Source: an uncultured delta proteobacterium (GTDB lineage Bacteria; Desulfobacterota; RBG-13-43-22). Taken from it: 64,000 nt of DNA. Positions 52,567 to 63,466 of the stretch are shown in pieces. The notes under the pieces are model-generated. The model had not been told where the DNA came from, did no database searches, and saw only the letters and a program-made list of their open reading frames with translations. Every line of letters begins with the position of its first letter. Position 1 is the stretch's first letter. Location of the stretch: the NCBI GenBank assembly GCA_963802945.1, contig CAWDKY010000016.1, positions 96,001 to 160,000 on the forward strand, given 5' to 3'. The translations under genes were made by a program, and so were the position numbers.

Positions 52567-53230
52567 GGTTATTCAGCCGATATGCAATCATGACCCTAAG
52601 GGCCTTGAGCCCCTCTTTAAGATGCCTCATCTCGGAAAGCCCCTTCTGTCGAGGGGTGTAGGCAATTGGTATTTCAACGATGCGATACCCTCGAAGGGCT
52701 AGGCAGGCAGCCAGTTCAACTACATGCTCGAAACCGGATTTTGTGAAACTGAGACCTTGAAAAGCTTCTCGACGAAGGGCCTTCATGCCGGTGTATAGGT
52801 CGGTGAGACCCTGACGATATAAAAGATTGAAGAAGATGGTTAGGATATTGTTGCCCCATTTACGGGAATGGGACATATCCACCGGCCCCCTGGATAGAAA
52901 GCGGCTCCCATATACCACGGAGGCAGTTGCCAGACGATCCAGCAAGAGGGGAATGGCTTCGGGTGGGTATTCACAATCGGCATCGATGATGATCACTTTC
53001 TCCGAGGTGGAGCAGAGCAACCCATCTATCAAGGATCGGCCGTAACCTAAGTTTTTGCCATGGGAGATGAGGGTGATGCCGGGTCTGGCTTTTAAAAATT
53101 CCCTTGTTCCATCGGTGGATCCGTTATCGATGAAAATTAGATTAAGGGTCAGGGGCAAGGCCTCTATTCGATTAAGGAAGAGAGGCAGTATTTCCCGTTC
53201 GTTGAATACTGGGACCACCACATCCGCCAT
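52553..53230 (-). CDS. GT2, polyprenyl-phosphate sugar synthase (DPM1-like)
   Basis: VVPVFNE, IDNGSTDGT, IIDADCEY, VYGSRF, TDLYTGMKA, EIPIAY. Confidence 0.88.
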   Translation of the reverse strand: MADVVVPVFNEREILPLFLNRIEALPLTLNLIFIDNGSTDGTREFLKARPGITLISHGKNLGYGRSLIDGLLCSTSEKVIIIDADCEYPPEAIPLLLDRLATASVVYGSRFLSRGPVDMSHSRKWGNNILTIFFNLLYRQGLTDLYTGMKALRREAFQGLSFTKSGFEHVVELAACLALRGYRIVEIPIAYTPRQKGLSEMRHLKEGLKALRVMIAYRLNNHGGN

Positions 53231-53737
53231 TTCTCTCTCCCCTTAGTTTTGAAATGTAGATGGCCATGAAGATGCCGGACGCCTTTGTCGCTTTTTTAGT
53301 CCATCGATAACCACAACTTAACCTAAATAGCCCTTTATCACCCAAAAAAAATTGGTACTTCCTGGCGTGCACCCCATGGATTGAACACCCAAGGTTAGAG
53401 TAACGAACAGGGAGATAGCTTGTTAAGAGTTTGTCAGGAGATGGCCTCAAATTCATTGAGAGGCCGATATCCCAACAACAAATATAGACTTATACACCTC
53501 TTCGATAAAAAAGGGAAACAGTTGTTGGGCGATCCTACTATATTATCCCTTGGGTGACATTTAATTATGAATCAATGGGCGGCCTTCAATTTTTTTCGGG
53601 TCAAGGCCTTTTGTTAATTTTCATTAAAAAGATATTAAATGTCCAAAAGTAGATACTTACGGGCTAGGACCGCGGGTATCTACTTCAGCTTGATTCCCTA
53701 TAGCTGGAAAACTTTATTGTTTTTCCGATGAACGGAT

Positions 53738-56700
53738 TTAAAATAATTCTAACTCATGGATAGACCAATAATAAACCGGGTCTTGCCCTTCTTGAAGCAA
53801 TCTGAGATATCTTAAATAGACGGGAGAAAAAAAGTAAAGGGTTTTTTCTCCCGTCATTTTTAAAAGGGTTTCCCCTGTCCAATAAAGTTCCGATTTTGCT
53901 GTGGCCTTTATTTCTTGCCAGGAACTTCCATTCAGGGAATATAGAAATCTGAGCGAACGAGGATAATCATTCAACGATTTCCCCAAAGACAGAGTGCATC
54001 CTTTGACCAACTGGACCGTATTTAAATCGATTTGATAATAGATACCCGGCTCTTGGGGTTTCCCACTGCTCCAACACGTGGGCAGGACCCCATCTATGGC
54101 CTTTTCAACCTCCTGGGGATTGGCATTAGAGGAAACTTTCCAATTCTTGATGGGAAGAGGAATTTGACACTTAGGACTTGAAAAATCATAATAGGCCATA
54201 AAAGGCCCTATTTCTTTTTTGCGATAGAGGCGATCGGATTCCACTAATAATTTTTCTAAGTCTCTATCTTCTTTTTCGACGATAATGGCAACCGTTCTAT
54301 CAAGATGGGCTCTTGCAAATTGCTCAGCGTCGGGCTCTTCTTCTCCATTCTTCCCAGTAAGGTAATTTGAGATGACTGATCGTATCTTCCCGTTACTCTT
54401 GACTCGAATAACGGGTGAAAGCCAATTATTCGAGTAAACAAAATTGATTTTTTGCGCCTTTAAAAAAGTCAACAGCCGATCGATTTCCTGCCCCTCAGGA
54501 AATGGGCTTTTACTATTGCCCTTTTCATCATCGGGACTAAATAAAAATAATTCATTGATCGACCAGTTCGAATAATCGCTGTCTCGTAATAAACTTATTT
54601 TCAGAAATCAACATTGATGAGGAGGGAAGACCGTTTCAATTCTACCATGGCGGACATTGGTCATTGGAATAGGGCCTGTCCAAAAGGTAGGATTTTTGAC
54701 CTGCTGAATCTCGGAAACGATTTGCCAGTTCTTACCATCGGAAGAAACGGCTACTTGATAAGCAGCCGGAACCTGGTAATAGACTGCAGGAATATAAGAT
54801 ATTTTTCCAACAGTTTCCATCCGTCCAAGATTCAATAAAAAGTAAGTCCCCTTTTTTTGATGTCCCACAGTTTTCCAGCCCGTCATAATATCTCCATCAA
54901 AGGCATTTTTGACCTGTGACGGATTAACGTTCGAGGTTCCCGTCCAAAGGTCCCGAGGAATCATTCGGACCGTTTTGTAAAGAGGCCTGAATTCGGTGTA
55001 AACGACATAGCCACCCGGTGCCCAAATTTTTTGAAAAGAGCCTCCAATAGCTTTCATGTTTTCTTCAAAGCCCTTGTTTTCTCCTTTATAAAGGTAGCCC
55101 AGGCCGGGGGAGGCATCGACCAAGTCAATATAGTCAAGCCAACCTTCCTTATAGGGATGAGAAACGATAAGGACTTCTTTACTTTTAAAAATTAACCGGT
55201 TGCCGGGCCATTCATAATAAAGACGTGTATATCCATTATTAATTAGAAAGTCTATTAGACGATTTTCTGTCTCTTCGTATTTTTGATAAGTTTGAAATTT
55301 TCCAGGGTTAAAAATGGTCCAGGCGTCATGCCTTAGATTACCGGCAAAATTGGATAAAAGTATTAACCCAAGCAGGATGATAGATGAGAAATAAAATTTC
55401 TTTTTAATATCTACCAATAATACCGCAACGAAAATAGGTAGACAGGTATAGAGGGGCAAGAGATATTGCTGACCATTATCGCTAAGACGGATGCCATAAA
55501 TAGTTAAAAGATTGAGAAGGATGGTTACCAAAAAGAGGAAAAGAAGAATTTCCCCGCCGGTTTTTTTGGTGAGTCGGAAGGAAAAAGACGCCTTAAGTGC
55601 TTCCCGGAATCTATAGGCATAATAGAATAAAGCAATAAAATAAAATGGACCTATAATCAGATAACCGACAAATCAAAACGGTCTTGATTTAGAGGGGGGA
55701 AAAACCCGAACACTGATGGGAAAAGCATTGGTAAAAAATCCTCAAATAAGGAATGATATCGGCCGGTTCCCACAGGCTATTTTTCCGTCATCGGAAAATG
55801 GTGGATGACATTAAATATCCATAGGGGCAGGTGCCAATTAGGAACATGAAAATTAACAATAAGAAATTTTTACTAAAAAGGACATTTTTATCTCTCAGAA
55901 AAAGAAAAAAGACCTACAGGTAAAATATAGGTAATAATTAGGTAGTTGGTCCACCAACCGATACCTGATAACAATCCTAATGGTATAAAGAGAGCCTCTT
56001 TTTCTCAGGTGCAACATTCCGATAAATTAATGTATGGAAAATTAATAAAAGAAAACTTCCAAAAATAATGGCAAAATGATAATGGAGTCTTCCTCATGGC
56101 TCTATCCCAGCAAACTAAAGGCGGGATCGACAATAGAGCAATACTCATCAGGGCTGTTTTATAGTCAAAGAATGTTTTAGCCAAGAGATATAAAAGGAAG
56201 AGAAACAAAATGGAAAAGATGGCCGGTAAAAAGCTCCAATGGTCCAGGAGATGGGCCAAAAAACCTGAAAAAGGGACCCCCCAGAAAGGCTTCCAGGGAT
56301 CCCACAAAGTTTTGGCCGTAATAAAATACAGGAAAATCTCCTTTCATTACCATAAGGCTCATTAGGCCGACGCGGTTTCATCTGGCTGAGGAAGGGGTAA
56401 TAAGGGTCAGCCCTCGGGTGAGGATCGAAACTCCAATAATGACAAAGAAAAAATTTATTTCTTTTTTTTTCATTAAAAGAAAATAACTGGGAAGGGGTTT
56501 TTCTGGAGCCCTCGTTTTCGCGGTATCCTGTTCAGGGGAAAGCATTTTTTGTCGATAAAAATAAAACCGTACCCAGAGCAGGCTAAGCCCCAGGAACCCC
56601 AAAAGGCAAAAGATTTTTCCCCAAAAAACTACATCCAACCAGGTCTCGATGTTCCCGAGTTCCAGACAGGATAATTCATCTGTGCTTAAGGAACTATAGC

Positions 56701-57195
56701 CGGCCTGGCCAGGTCCGGCCACTTCTATCTTAAGCCATCCCTGGTTAAGGATATTGTTGAGACGTAATTCCAAGAAATGCGGGCCGGGTGACAGCCATTG
56801 TTTCGTTTCCCCTACATTATTGGGGCTGATACCTATCAGGGTGATAATCGGGCGGTTATCAATTAAGACTTTCCCATTATCATCGCAGGATAATTTTATA
56901 TGGTAGAATCCGTCTTTGGGGACTTGCCAGACTGCATAAGCGGTAAGAGAGGTGTCCGGCTTTTCTAAAAATAGAAAGGTATTATCAACTCTATAGGGGG
57001 CATAAGACTCCACCCGAAGTTGGTGCTTGTCCGGTCGGGCATGGGGAAGGAGGACCAGGTGCCAGACCATGGGCCAGATAGCGAGATAGAAGAGGAACAA
57101 AAACAGGCCCCCTCCTAAAAGAAAATAACTGGGGAAGGGCCTTTTTTTTCCATCCTCTCCGGGGCAACCGGTGATCCGGATACAGGTATATCCAT
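53738..57195 (-). pseudogene. PA14 + ArnT/PMT GT-C + two discoidin domains, multiply frameshifted
   Basis: Fragments 56378-57100 (PA14), 56005-56381 (GDFPVFYYGQNFVGSLEA), 54608-55531 and 53738-54472 (discoidin) are colinear with 34669-37380. Confidence 0.75.
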
Positions 57196-57212
57196 TTTTT
57201 TAAACAACAAAC

Positions 57213-57466
57213 TCAGACCAGTCCTAAACGATAGCGTATTATGGTCCAGACCATGCGTAGAAATATCCCTACCCTCTGGTGACGCTCAGCCAATACTTCA
57301 TTGGTACGCCTCACCGGCACCTCAATGAGACGTTGTCGACTGCGCAGGGTTTCGATGGTCATCTCCAGGACATATTCAGGTCCTGTGCTTCGCAAACGAT
57401 CTTTGATCTCTAAATAACAATGGCGCCAGAGAATACGGAAGGTGCAGCCTACATCGGTCAAGCGGA
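57213..57466 (-). pseudogene. duplicated 3' fragment of the nucleotidyltransferase-GT2 gene
   Basis: TDVGCTFRILWRHCYLEIKDRLRSTGPEYV... nearly identical to 51127-51386. Confidence 0.9.
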
Positions 57467-58154
57467 TGCCGGACGCATTTGTCGCTTTTTTGCTTCACCG
57501 CTAAACACAACTTAACCTCAGTAGCCCTTTATCACCCAAAAAAATTAGTCTTCCTTCTGATCGTCGGGCCTGATCGTTGATTTGTCCCCAACTCTTTCCT
57601 TTGGAGGACTGGTGCGAGTGGTTCTTAGGGTGTTTGACCTTCGGGTACCGACCTCACTCCTTCCCAATTTCCAAGAGAGACGCCCGCTTGGATTGGCTGT
57701 GGCTGGAATGGCTTAAGCTGATCACATTGAATAAAATAAAAATCTATTTTCTTGTTAACGAAAGGGATATATTTATCCTCCCCTGATAAACGGGATGGGC
57801 ATAAGACCCGCCCCCCATTATGAATCCGTAAACCGTATAGCCAAACATCGCGTCTTTCTTTATTTCGTCCTCCCTTTAGGATCAAATCATCTATCAAATT
57901 TTAACGTAATAATAATTTAATGCAAGATAAATTCAAACTTTTTTAATGATTTTTTGACAAACGTTAGTTGCTTGTTGTTAGCGCCGCTTTATAGCGGCTC
58001 ATAGCTGGCTCTGTCTTGATGGTTGCCCCATGTCCATGGCGCCTTATTTTTAATGTTGAAAATGATTATAATTTATATTGTAGCGGCATGTAATCAAAAT
58101 TAAAAATGAAATGCAGAGGAGGCGCCTACGAAGTTTCATGAGCCGCGGTGTACA

Positions 58155-58330
58155 GTTACCATAACTCAAGGTTACCAAGGGGTAATAACCCTTGGCGGGA
58201 ATCAAAAAGACGGGGTGGATGCCATCCCGGATTTTATTCGAGAGTTTGCGGGCCGGATTCGGTTTTGTTCAGGGCTCTCGATATAGGCCCGGCGGTCAAA
58301 CCTTCAACACCCTTGGTCCCGTCATTGGAC
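58155..58330 (+). pseudogene. internal remnant of a DPM1-like GT2
   Basis: QGYQGVITLGGNQKDGVDAIPDFI, then a frameshift to GFGFVQGSRYRPGG. Confidence 0.55.
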
Positions 58331-58516
58331 GATCAAATGGATCCAATTTCCCCAGTACATTCCATTTTCCTTAAGTTCTGGCAACTTATGAAGAATACCT
58401 GAGAATTCCCGGTTGTGATGCAGAAAAGGAAAAATTAGCCAAGTTCCTGGAAAGAGAAACCCTAAAAGTAATTAGGCCCAAGATTAGATAGGAGGATAGG
58501 AAACAAGCGAATTTGA

Positions 58517-60917
58517 TTACTTCCACTGTAATAAATGAGTGCCAGTCCAATAGAAAGATCCTAAATCTCTCTCACGGTTAACCTCTTTTATGGACCCTGA
58601 AATTTTTAAGCCGTAGTAAATGATTTGATCCCCAAACATTTTGACTGAATAAGTCGCCTTCAGCCTATCCATCGTTCGAACAAAAGAAGCGTTATTTTCT
58701 CGGGCTACCACAAAGGCAGGCCATAAGGAAAAATTCACCTTCTTTTTCATTCGGTTAAAGAAAGGAAAAATTCCATTATATCCCCACATGGAATAATCCT
58801 CGCCATGGGTTATATCATAGTCTTCTTGAAGGCATTTGATTTTTCCCTGGGTGAGGCGGGTAATTTGCGCCGACGGACCGATATCTGCGTAAACGTATTC
58901 TATCTTTTCCTTGGACAAAAAAAGAGACAATTTCTTCTGCGGAAACGGGATTTGATTTAACCTGTTTGTCCGACTGATAAACAAATATTTCCCCAATGGA
59001 CCAGGCCTGGGGGGCTGGATCGGTTATGGTGATCCTTATGAATCGAGCATCCTGGGGGTTAAAATTATTTTCAATCCGTCCATCCCTTAATTTCCAGAAG
59101 GGCCGCCCTCCAGACCAAAAAAGATAGGCCCAATTGTTTTTAACGGAAGCGGTTTCCTTCCAATCCCTCTCGTTGTTGGACAGCTCTATTCGATAATTCA
59201 CGGGAAAATCCCATTCCTTCCCCTTGCCGCACAACAAGACGATACGATTTATTTTGTAAATACGCCCTAGGTCTATTTGATAAAACATTCCGGGTTGCTG
59301 TGAAGAAGATGAACTCCAACTTGTAGCTATGTTGCGATCAAAGGCCCATTGGGCAGAGGCCAAGTTGACATTACTCTGCCCTTTCCATCCGAGTGGAAGG
59401 ATTTCCTGGGAAGCGGCTGAGGGAGGCTCAAAGTCATAATAAAGGACATAACCTTTTATTTTTTGATAGATTGAAAAAACCTCCCTTTTATAGGCCCCTC
59501 CCATGGCCTTAAACATCTCTTCAAAACTTTGGCGGTATTTGCCTTCCAAAACAAAGGCCGTTTTGGGAGCGGCATCGGCCAATAAGGTATATAGGGGATA
59601 ACGATCTTTAAAAGGAAGACTAAATACCGGATTCTCCTGAGCATTGAAAGTTAACTCGACGGCACTCCAATATTCCGGGGCATAGACATAGAAGTTTTTT
59701 TTCTGTCTAAGAAAGGCAAAAAGGCTATCCTCCATCTGCAGTTGTTTTTGGTAGAGAATCGATTTGTTTTTTAAGTCATGGATCAAAGAAATTTGATGAT
59801 CGCCATTTGCTATTAAGAGGACGGCCATCATACCGACAGAAAGAATTTTACTGAAACTTTTTAGTGCCCAACAAAAAAAGGCCAGGGTGATAGGGATGAG
59901 AGAATAAAGAGGAAGGAAATATCTTAAGGCGTCTTGCTCACTAAACCGTGATCCAACATAGATAAAACAAAAAGACATAAAAAAGATAAACAGTAGGATG
60001 GATGCATGACCGGAGGAGAATTCCCTTCGACGCCATTTCTTTCCTATCAACAAAAAAAGAAAGGATACCAGGAAAAGGGCGGCTATACCGTAAGCCATGA
60101 GAGAAAGCTTTCCCTTCAGGGCGGGGTTAAATACAGTAATAAGTCCGTAAAAAAATTTATTGATTCGAAAAAAGTAGTTCGGATTTTCTTGAAGCCGGCT
60201 AAATTTTAAAAAGGGGAACCGATATTGAATATTCCAGATCCAAAAAGGGAGACTCCCTACCATAACTCCAAAAGCGGCGATCAAAAATTTTCCTTTAATA
60301 ATAAAGCCCCTTCCTTTAAAGCAGAGAAAGAAGTAACTAGTAAGTAGATAGATAATGCTTAGGGGATGGGTCCACCAAGCCAGGCCGCTGAAGAAGCCAA
60401 GAAAGAACAAGCGGGAGGGAGAAAACCCTTTCTTGGTGGCATACCGGTGGCTGTAAAGGAGAAGAAGGTTTCCCAGCCACATTATCTCTATATACCCTCC
60501 GTTTGCCAAAGCGGAATAAAGCCCCATATAATAAAGGGGGATAGCCGCGAAAAGCATACTCAGCAATCCCACTGCACGGTTAAAAAGTTCCCTACCAAGC
60601 TGAAAAATCGAAATGATGAAGAGTATGGAAAACAGAAAGGGAATGAGGTGTAAATTGAAGCGGCTTACTCCAAAAAAAGAAAAACTAATTGAGGCCAGGG
60701 CCGCCTCCAGAATTCCCTCATAAAAAGAATTCCCATAAAAAAACAGGGGGAATTCCCCTTGGGCCATATGTTTGGCCATTAATCCGATTATGGCCTGATC
60801 GGAATCGAAAGGGAGGGTTTGAATGAAAGGAAAGCGACAGAGTATGGCTGAAGCGGTAATGAGAAAGAAGGCAAGCCAAAAGAATCGAGGCTGATTCATA
60901 TATTTATTTTCTTCCAC
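58517..60917 (-). CDS. ArnT/PMT-type GT-C with discoidin domain (one frameshift near 58920)
   Basis: DSDQAIIGLMAKH, GEFPLFFYG, FDRN...WSS...YQIDLG...WSIGE. C-terminus continues in 58517-58996 after an indel in a T run. Confidence 0.78.
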
Positions 60918-61087
60918 TAGCCGTTCCTTACCCTAGGAGACAGGGATTAAGAAGAGCGCTGGCAACTAAATTGGGACATCTATTGCTACGGACTTGACAT
61001 GGCCGTGATTTTATAATATTTTTAACAGAATATTAATGATTTTGCAAGACCCTAAATACTCTTAATTACAAAAAGGCGATCCTCCCC

Positions 61088-61834
61088 ATGTCATCCTATG
61101 AGAGCGTTCAAAGTTATTATCGAAAAAAGGGGGCTATCTTATTATATAAGGATTATGTAGTTGGAGGTGGTTCTTTTTGGGACTTAATCCGGTATGAGAT
61201 TTTTATTCAGTTAATGGCTGGATTCCCCGGTGCCGTTGGATTGGCAATGAGAAAGTTGTTTTTCCCTATCATGATGAAGAAAAGCGGCAAGGGGATTGTC
61301 TGGGGAATGAACATGGTTATTCGATATCCCCACAAGATACGAATTCAGGATCAATGTATCTTTGATGACGGATGTGTTCTGGATGCCAAAGGAGAAAGTA
61401 ATGAAGGAATTTCTATTGGAAAAGGTTGTATGTTGGGATGTCAGACCATTCTGGGATGCAAAAACTCGGATATCATTCTTGGGGATCATGTGGGGATCGG
61501 TGCCCACTGTATCATACATGCTGTAGATATCAGTCGGGTGTCGATTGAAGATAATGTGGTCATAGGCCCTATGGTCTATCTGGCCGGAGGAGGAAATTAT
61601 CATTTCGAACGGACGGATGTCCCCCTAAGCGAACAAGGGATGGATCTTAAAGGCGGAATTCATATAGGGACAAATTGCTGGATAGGGGCCAATACCGTGG
61701 TTTTGGATGGAGTCAAGATCGGCAATGATACGATAGTCGGGGCCGGCTCGGTCGTATCCAAAGACCTGCCTGCCTATTCGATTGCCGCTGGCAATCCGGC
61801 CAGGATTTTAAAAATGAGGCAGGAGTCGACATAA
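61088..61834 (+). CDS. hexapeptide-repeat (left-handed beta-helix) O-acyltransferase
   Basis: IGTNCWIGANTVVLDGVKIGNDTIVGAGSVV...AGNPARI. Confidence 0.88.
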   Translation: MSSYESVQSYYRKKGAILLYKDYVVGGGSFWDLIRYEIFIQLMAGFPGAVGLAMRKLFFPIMMKKSGKGIVWGMNMVIRYPHKIRIQDQCIFDDGCVLDAKGESNEGISIGKGCMLGCQTILGCKNSDIILGDHVGIGAHCIIHAVDISRVSIEDNVVIGPMVYLAGGGNYHFERTDVPLSEQGMDLKGGIHIGTNCWIGANTVVLDGVKIGNDTIVGAGSVVSKDLPAYSIAAGNPARILKMRQEST

Positions 61835-61866
61835 AACAGTTTTAGCCTATTCATCTATTAAATGCT

Positions 61867-63462
61867 ATGTCAAATCAACGACTCAAAGACTTTTTATACC
61901 TTTCTTTCATTTTGTTATTAGGGCTGAGTTTTAGATTGTGGGGTATCCATTGGGGATTCCCTAGAATAGATCTGAATCCCGATGAGCTGAATGTATTAAA
62001 TATTTCTTCACAATTGACATTAAAAGACCTAAACCCTCATTATTATTCTTATTCAGGTCTGACCTTCTATTTGAATTATTTTTCAACGCACCTTCTTGCC
62101 CTATTTCATTTTAATATGGATCTTGTTCCTCGCCTTTTGGTTCAGCGACTCTGGAGTGTATTTTGGGGAACCCTGACCATCTTGCTTTGTTTTTGGTCGG
62201 CCAAGGGATTATTTAATAATAAAAGGGCGGGTTTTATTGCCGCCGTCCTTATGTCCATTCTGCCCTTACATATCTGGGATTCCCATTTTGGTACGACCGA
62301 TATCGGCTTTACCTTTTGGATGGTTTTTGCCTTTTTAATGAGTATCAAGGCCTATAATAAACCCTCAATGAAGTATTTCTTCGTGGGTGGGTTGGTTGTC
62401 GGGTTTGCCATTGGAGTAAAATACAATGGGGCCTTAGCCGGGATTTCTTTCTTATCGGCAGCCCTCCTCGCCTTACTTGAACATCGTATATCCTGGCAAA
62501 AGGCCGTACGATATTTTGGCTTGTCTTCCTTAGGTGCGGTTATCGCTTTTTTTATTTCCTCGCCTTATCTTTTTCTTGATTACCATCATACGATAGCCGG
62601 TTTTTTAACTGAGTATAAACACACCACGGGCAGCGGTCATTTTGGTTTTGATCTTTCGGCTAGGGGATGGCAGTATCACCCTTACATTTATCAGTTATTT
62701 GTTGCCTTCCCTTTCAGTCTAGGTTTTCTTTTATGGATAGCTTCTTTCGCCGGAGTTATTTTTTTTATTTATAAATCCTCTTTGAACAAGATAATTCTGG
62801 GATTATCCTTTGCAGCCCTTTATTTTTTTATCTTTGCCTCCTGGAAGCTTGTCCCCCTTCGCTATTATCTGCCCCTTATACCGATCCTGATTATTATTTC
62901 TTCCTTTCTTTTTGATCAACTGCTGACCAGGAAGACCAAATGGGGATTTATCGTTTTGGTGTTGGTAGCTGCCTATACCTTTGTCTTTTCAGCAACCACT
63001 ACCCATCGTTTTAAACATGATACCCGGCTTGAAGCTGCTTCCTGGGCTGTTCACCACCTTAAGCCCGGTTCGCAGATTTTTCTTGTGGATCCCCACTTTG
63101 GATTTTCTTACTCCCCGTTTTTTAACCCGAAAATTTTTCGTCCGTCGGAAATCTCTCTTCGCGATTTGGAGAGCGGGTTAAATAATCATTCCTTTTCTTC
63201 TGATAGTATTTTTTGTTTAAGCAGTTTAGATTATGGGAGATATTACCGGCTAAAAAAGGATCAAATAGGGATCCGAATTTGGGATTCAATAAGGAACCAC
63301 CCTGAAACATTTCAAAAAATTAATACCTTCGAGAGTTGGTTTCTCAATAAATGGCTGTACATCCAGTTGGATCCCATGTTTGAGGGTTATTTCATCTCCC
63401 CCACCATAGAGTTTTATCAATTGGTTCCTGATAAAGACTCCCCAAGGGCATCTTTATCCTAA
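61867..63462 (+). CDS. ArnT/PMT-type (GT-C) glycosyltransferase
   Basis: FRLWGIHWGFP...NPDE, SHFGTTD, GVKYNG, RYYLPL, DTRLEA. Confidence 0.82.
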   Translation: MSNQRLKDFLYLSFILLLGLSFRLWGIHWGFPRIDLNPDELNVLNISSQLTLKDLNPHYYSYSGLTFYLNYFSTHLLALFHFNMDLVPRLLVQRLWSVFWGTLTILLCFWSAKGLFNNKRAGFIAAVLMSILPLHIWDSHFGTTDIGFTFWMVFAFLMSIKAYNKPSMKYFFVGGLVVGFAIGVKYNGALAGISFLSAALLALLEHRISWQKAVRYFGLSSLGAVIAFFISSPYLFLDYHHTIAGFLTEYKHTTGSGHFGFDLSARGWQYHPYIYQLFVAFPFSLGFLLWIASFAGVIFFIYKSSLNKIILGLSFAALYFFIFASWKLVPLRYYLPLIPILIIISSFLFDQLLTRKTKWGFIVLVLVAAYTFVFSATTTHRFKHDTRLEAASWAVHHLKPGSQIFLVDPHFGFSYSPFFNPKIFRPSEISLRDLESGLNNHSFSSDSIFCLSSLDYGRYYRLKKDQIGIRIWDSIRNHPETFQKINTFESWFLNKWLYIQLDPMFEGYFISPTIEFYQLVPDKDSPRASLS

Positions 63463-63466
63463 ATCC

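Larger units (their letters stand above)
50382..57556 (-). repeat. segmental duplication: 50382-51386 plus 53271-53363 repeated at 56474-57556 with a ~1.9 kb internal deletion
   Basis: 51110-51386 is nearly identical to 57195-57466; the PA14 module is similar; junction AGCGGA|TGCCGGACGC at 57466/57467. Confidence 0.9.

Noticed and set aside
53738-58996. Programmed phase variation at homopolymers in GT-C genes
   Set aside because: Runs are short and the indels are clustered, so assembly error or decay cannot be excluded without reads.
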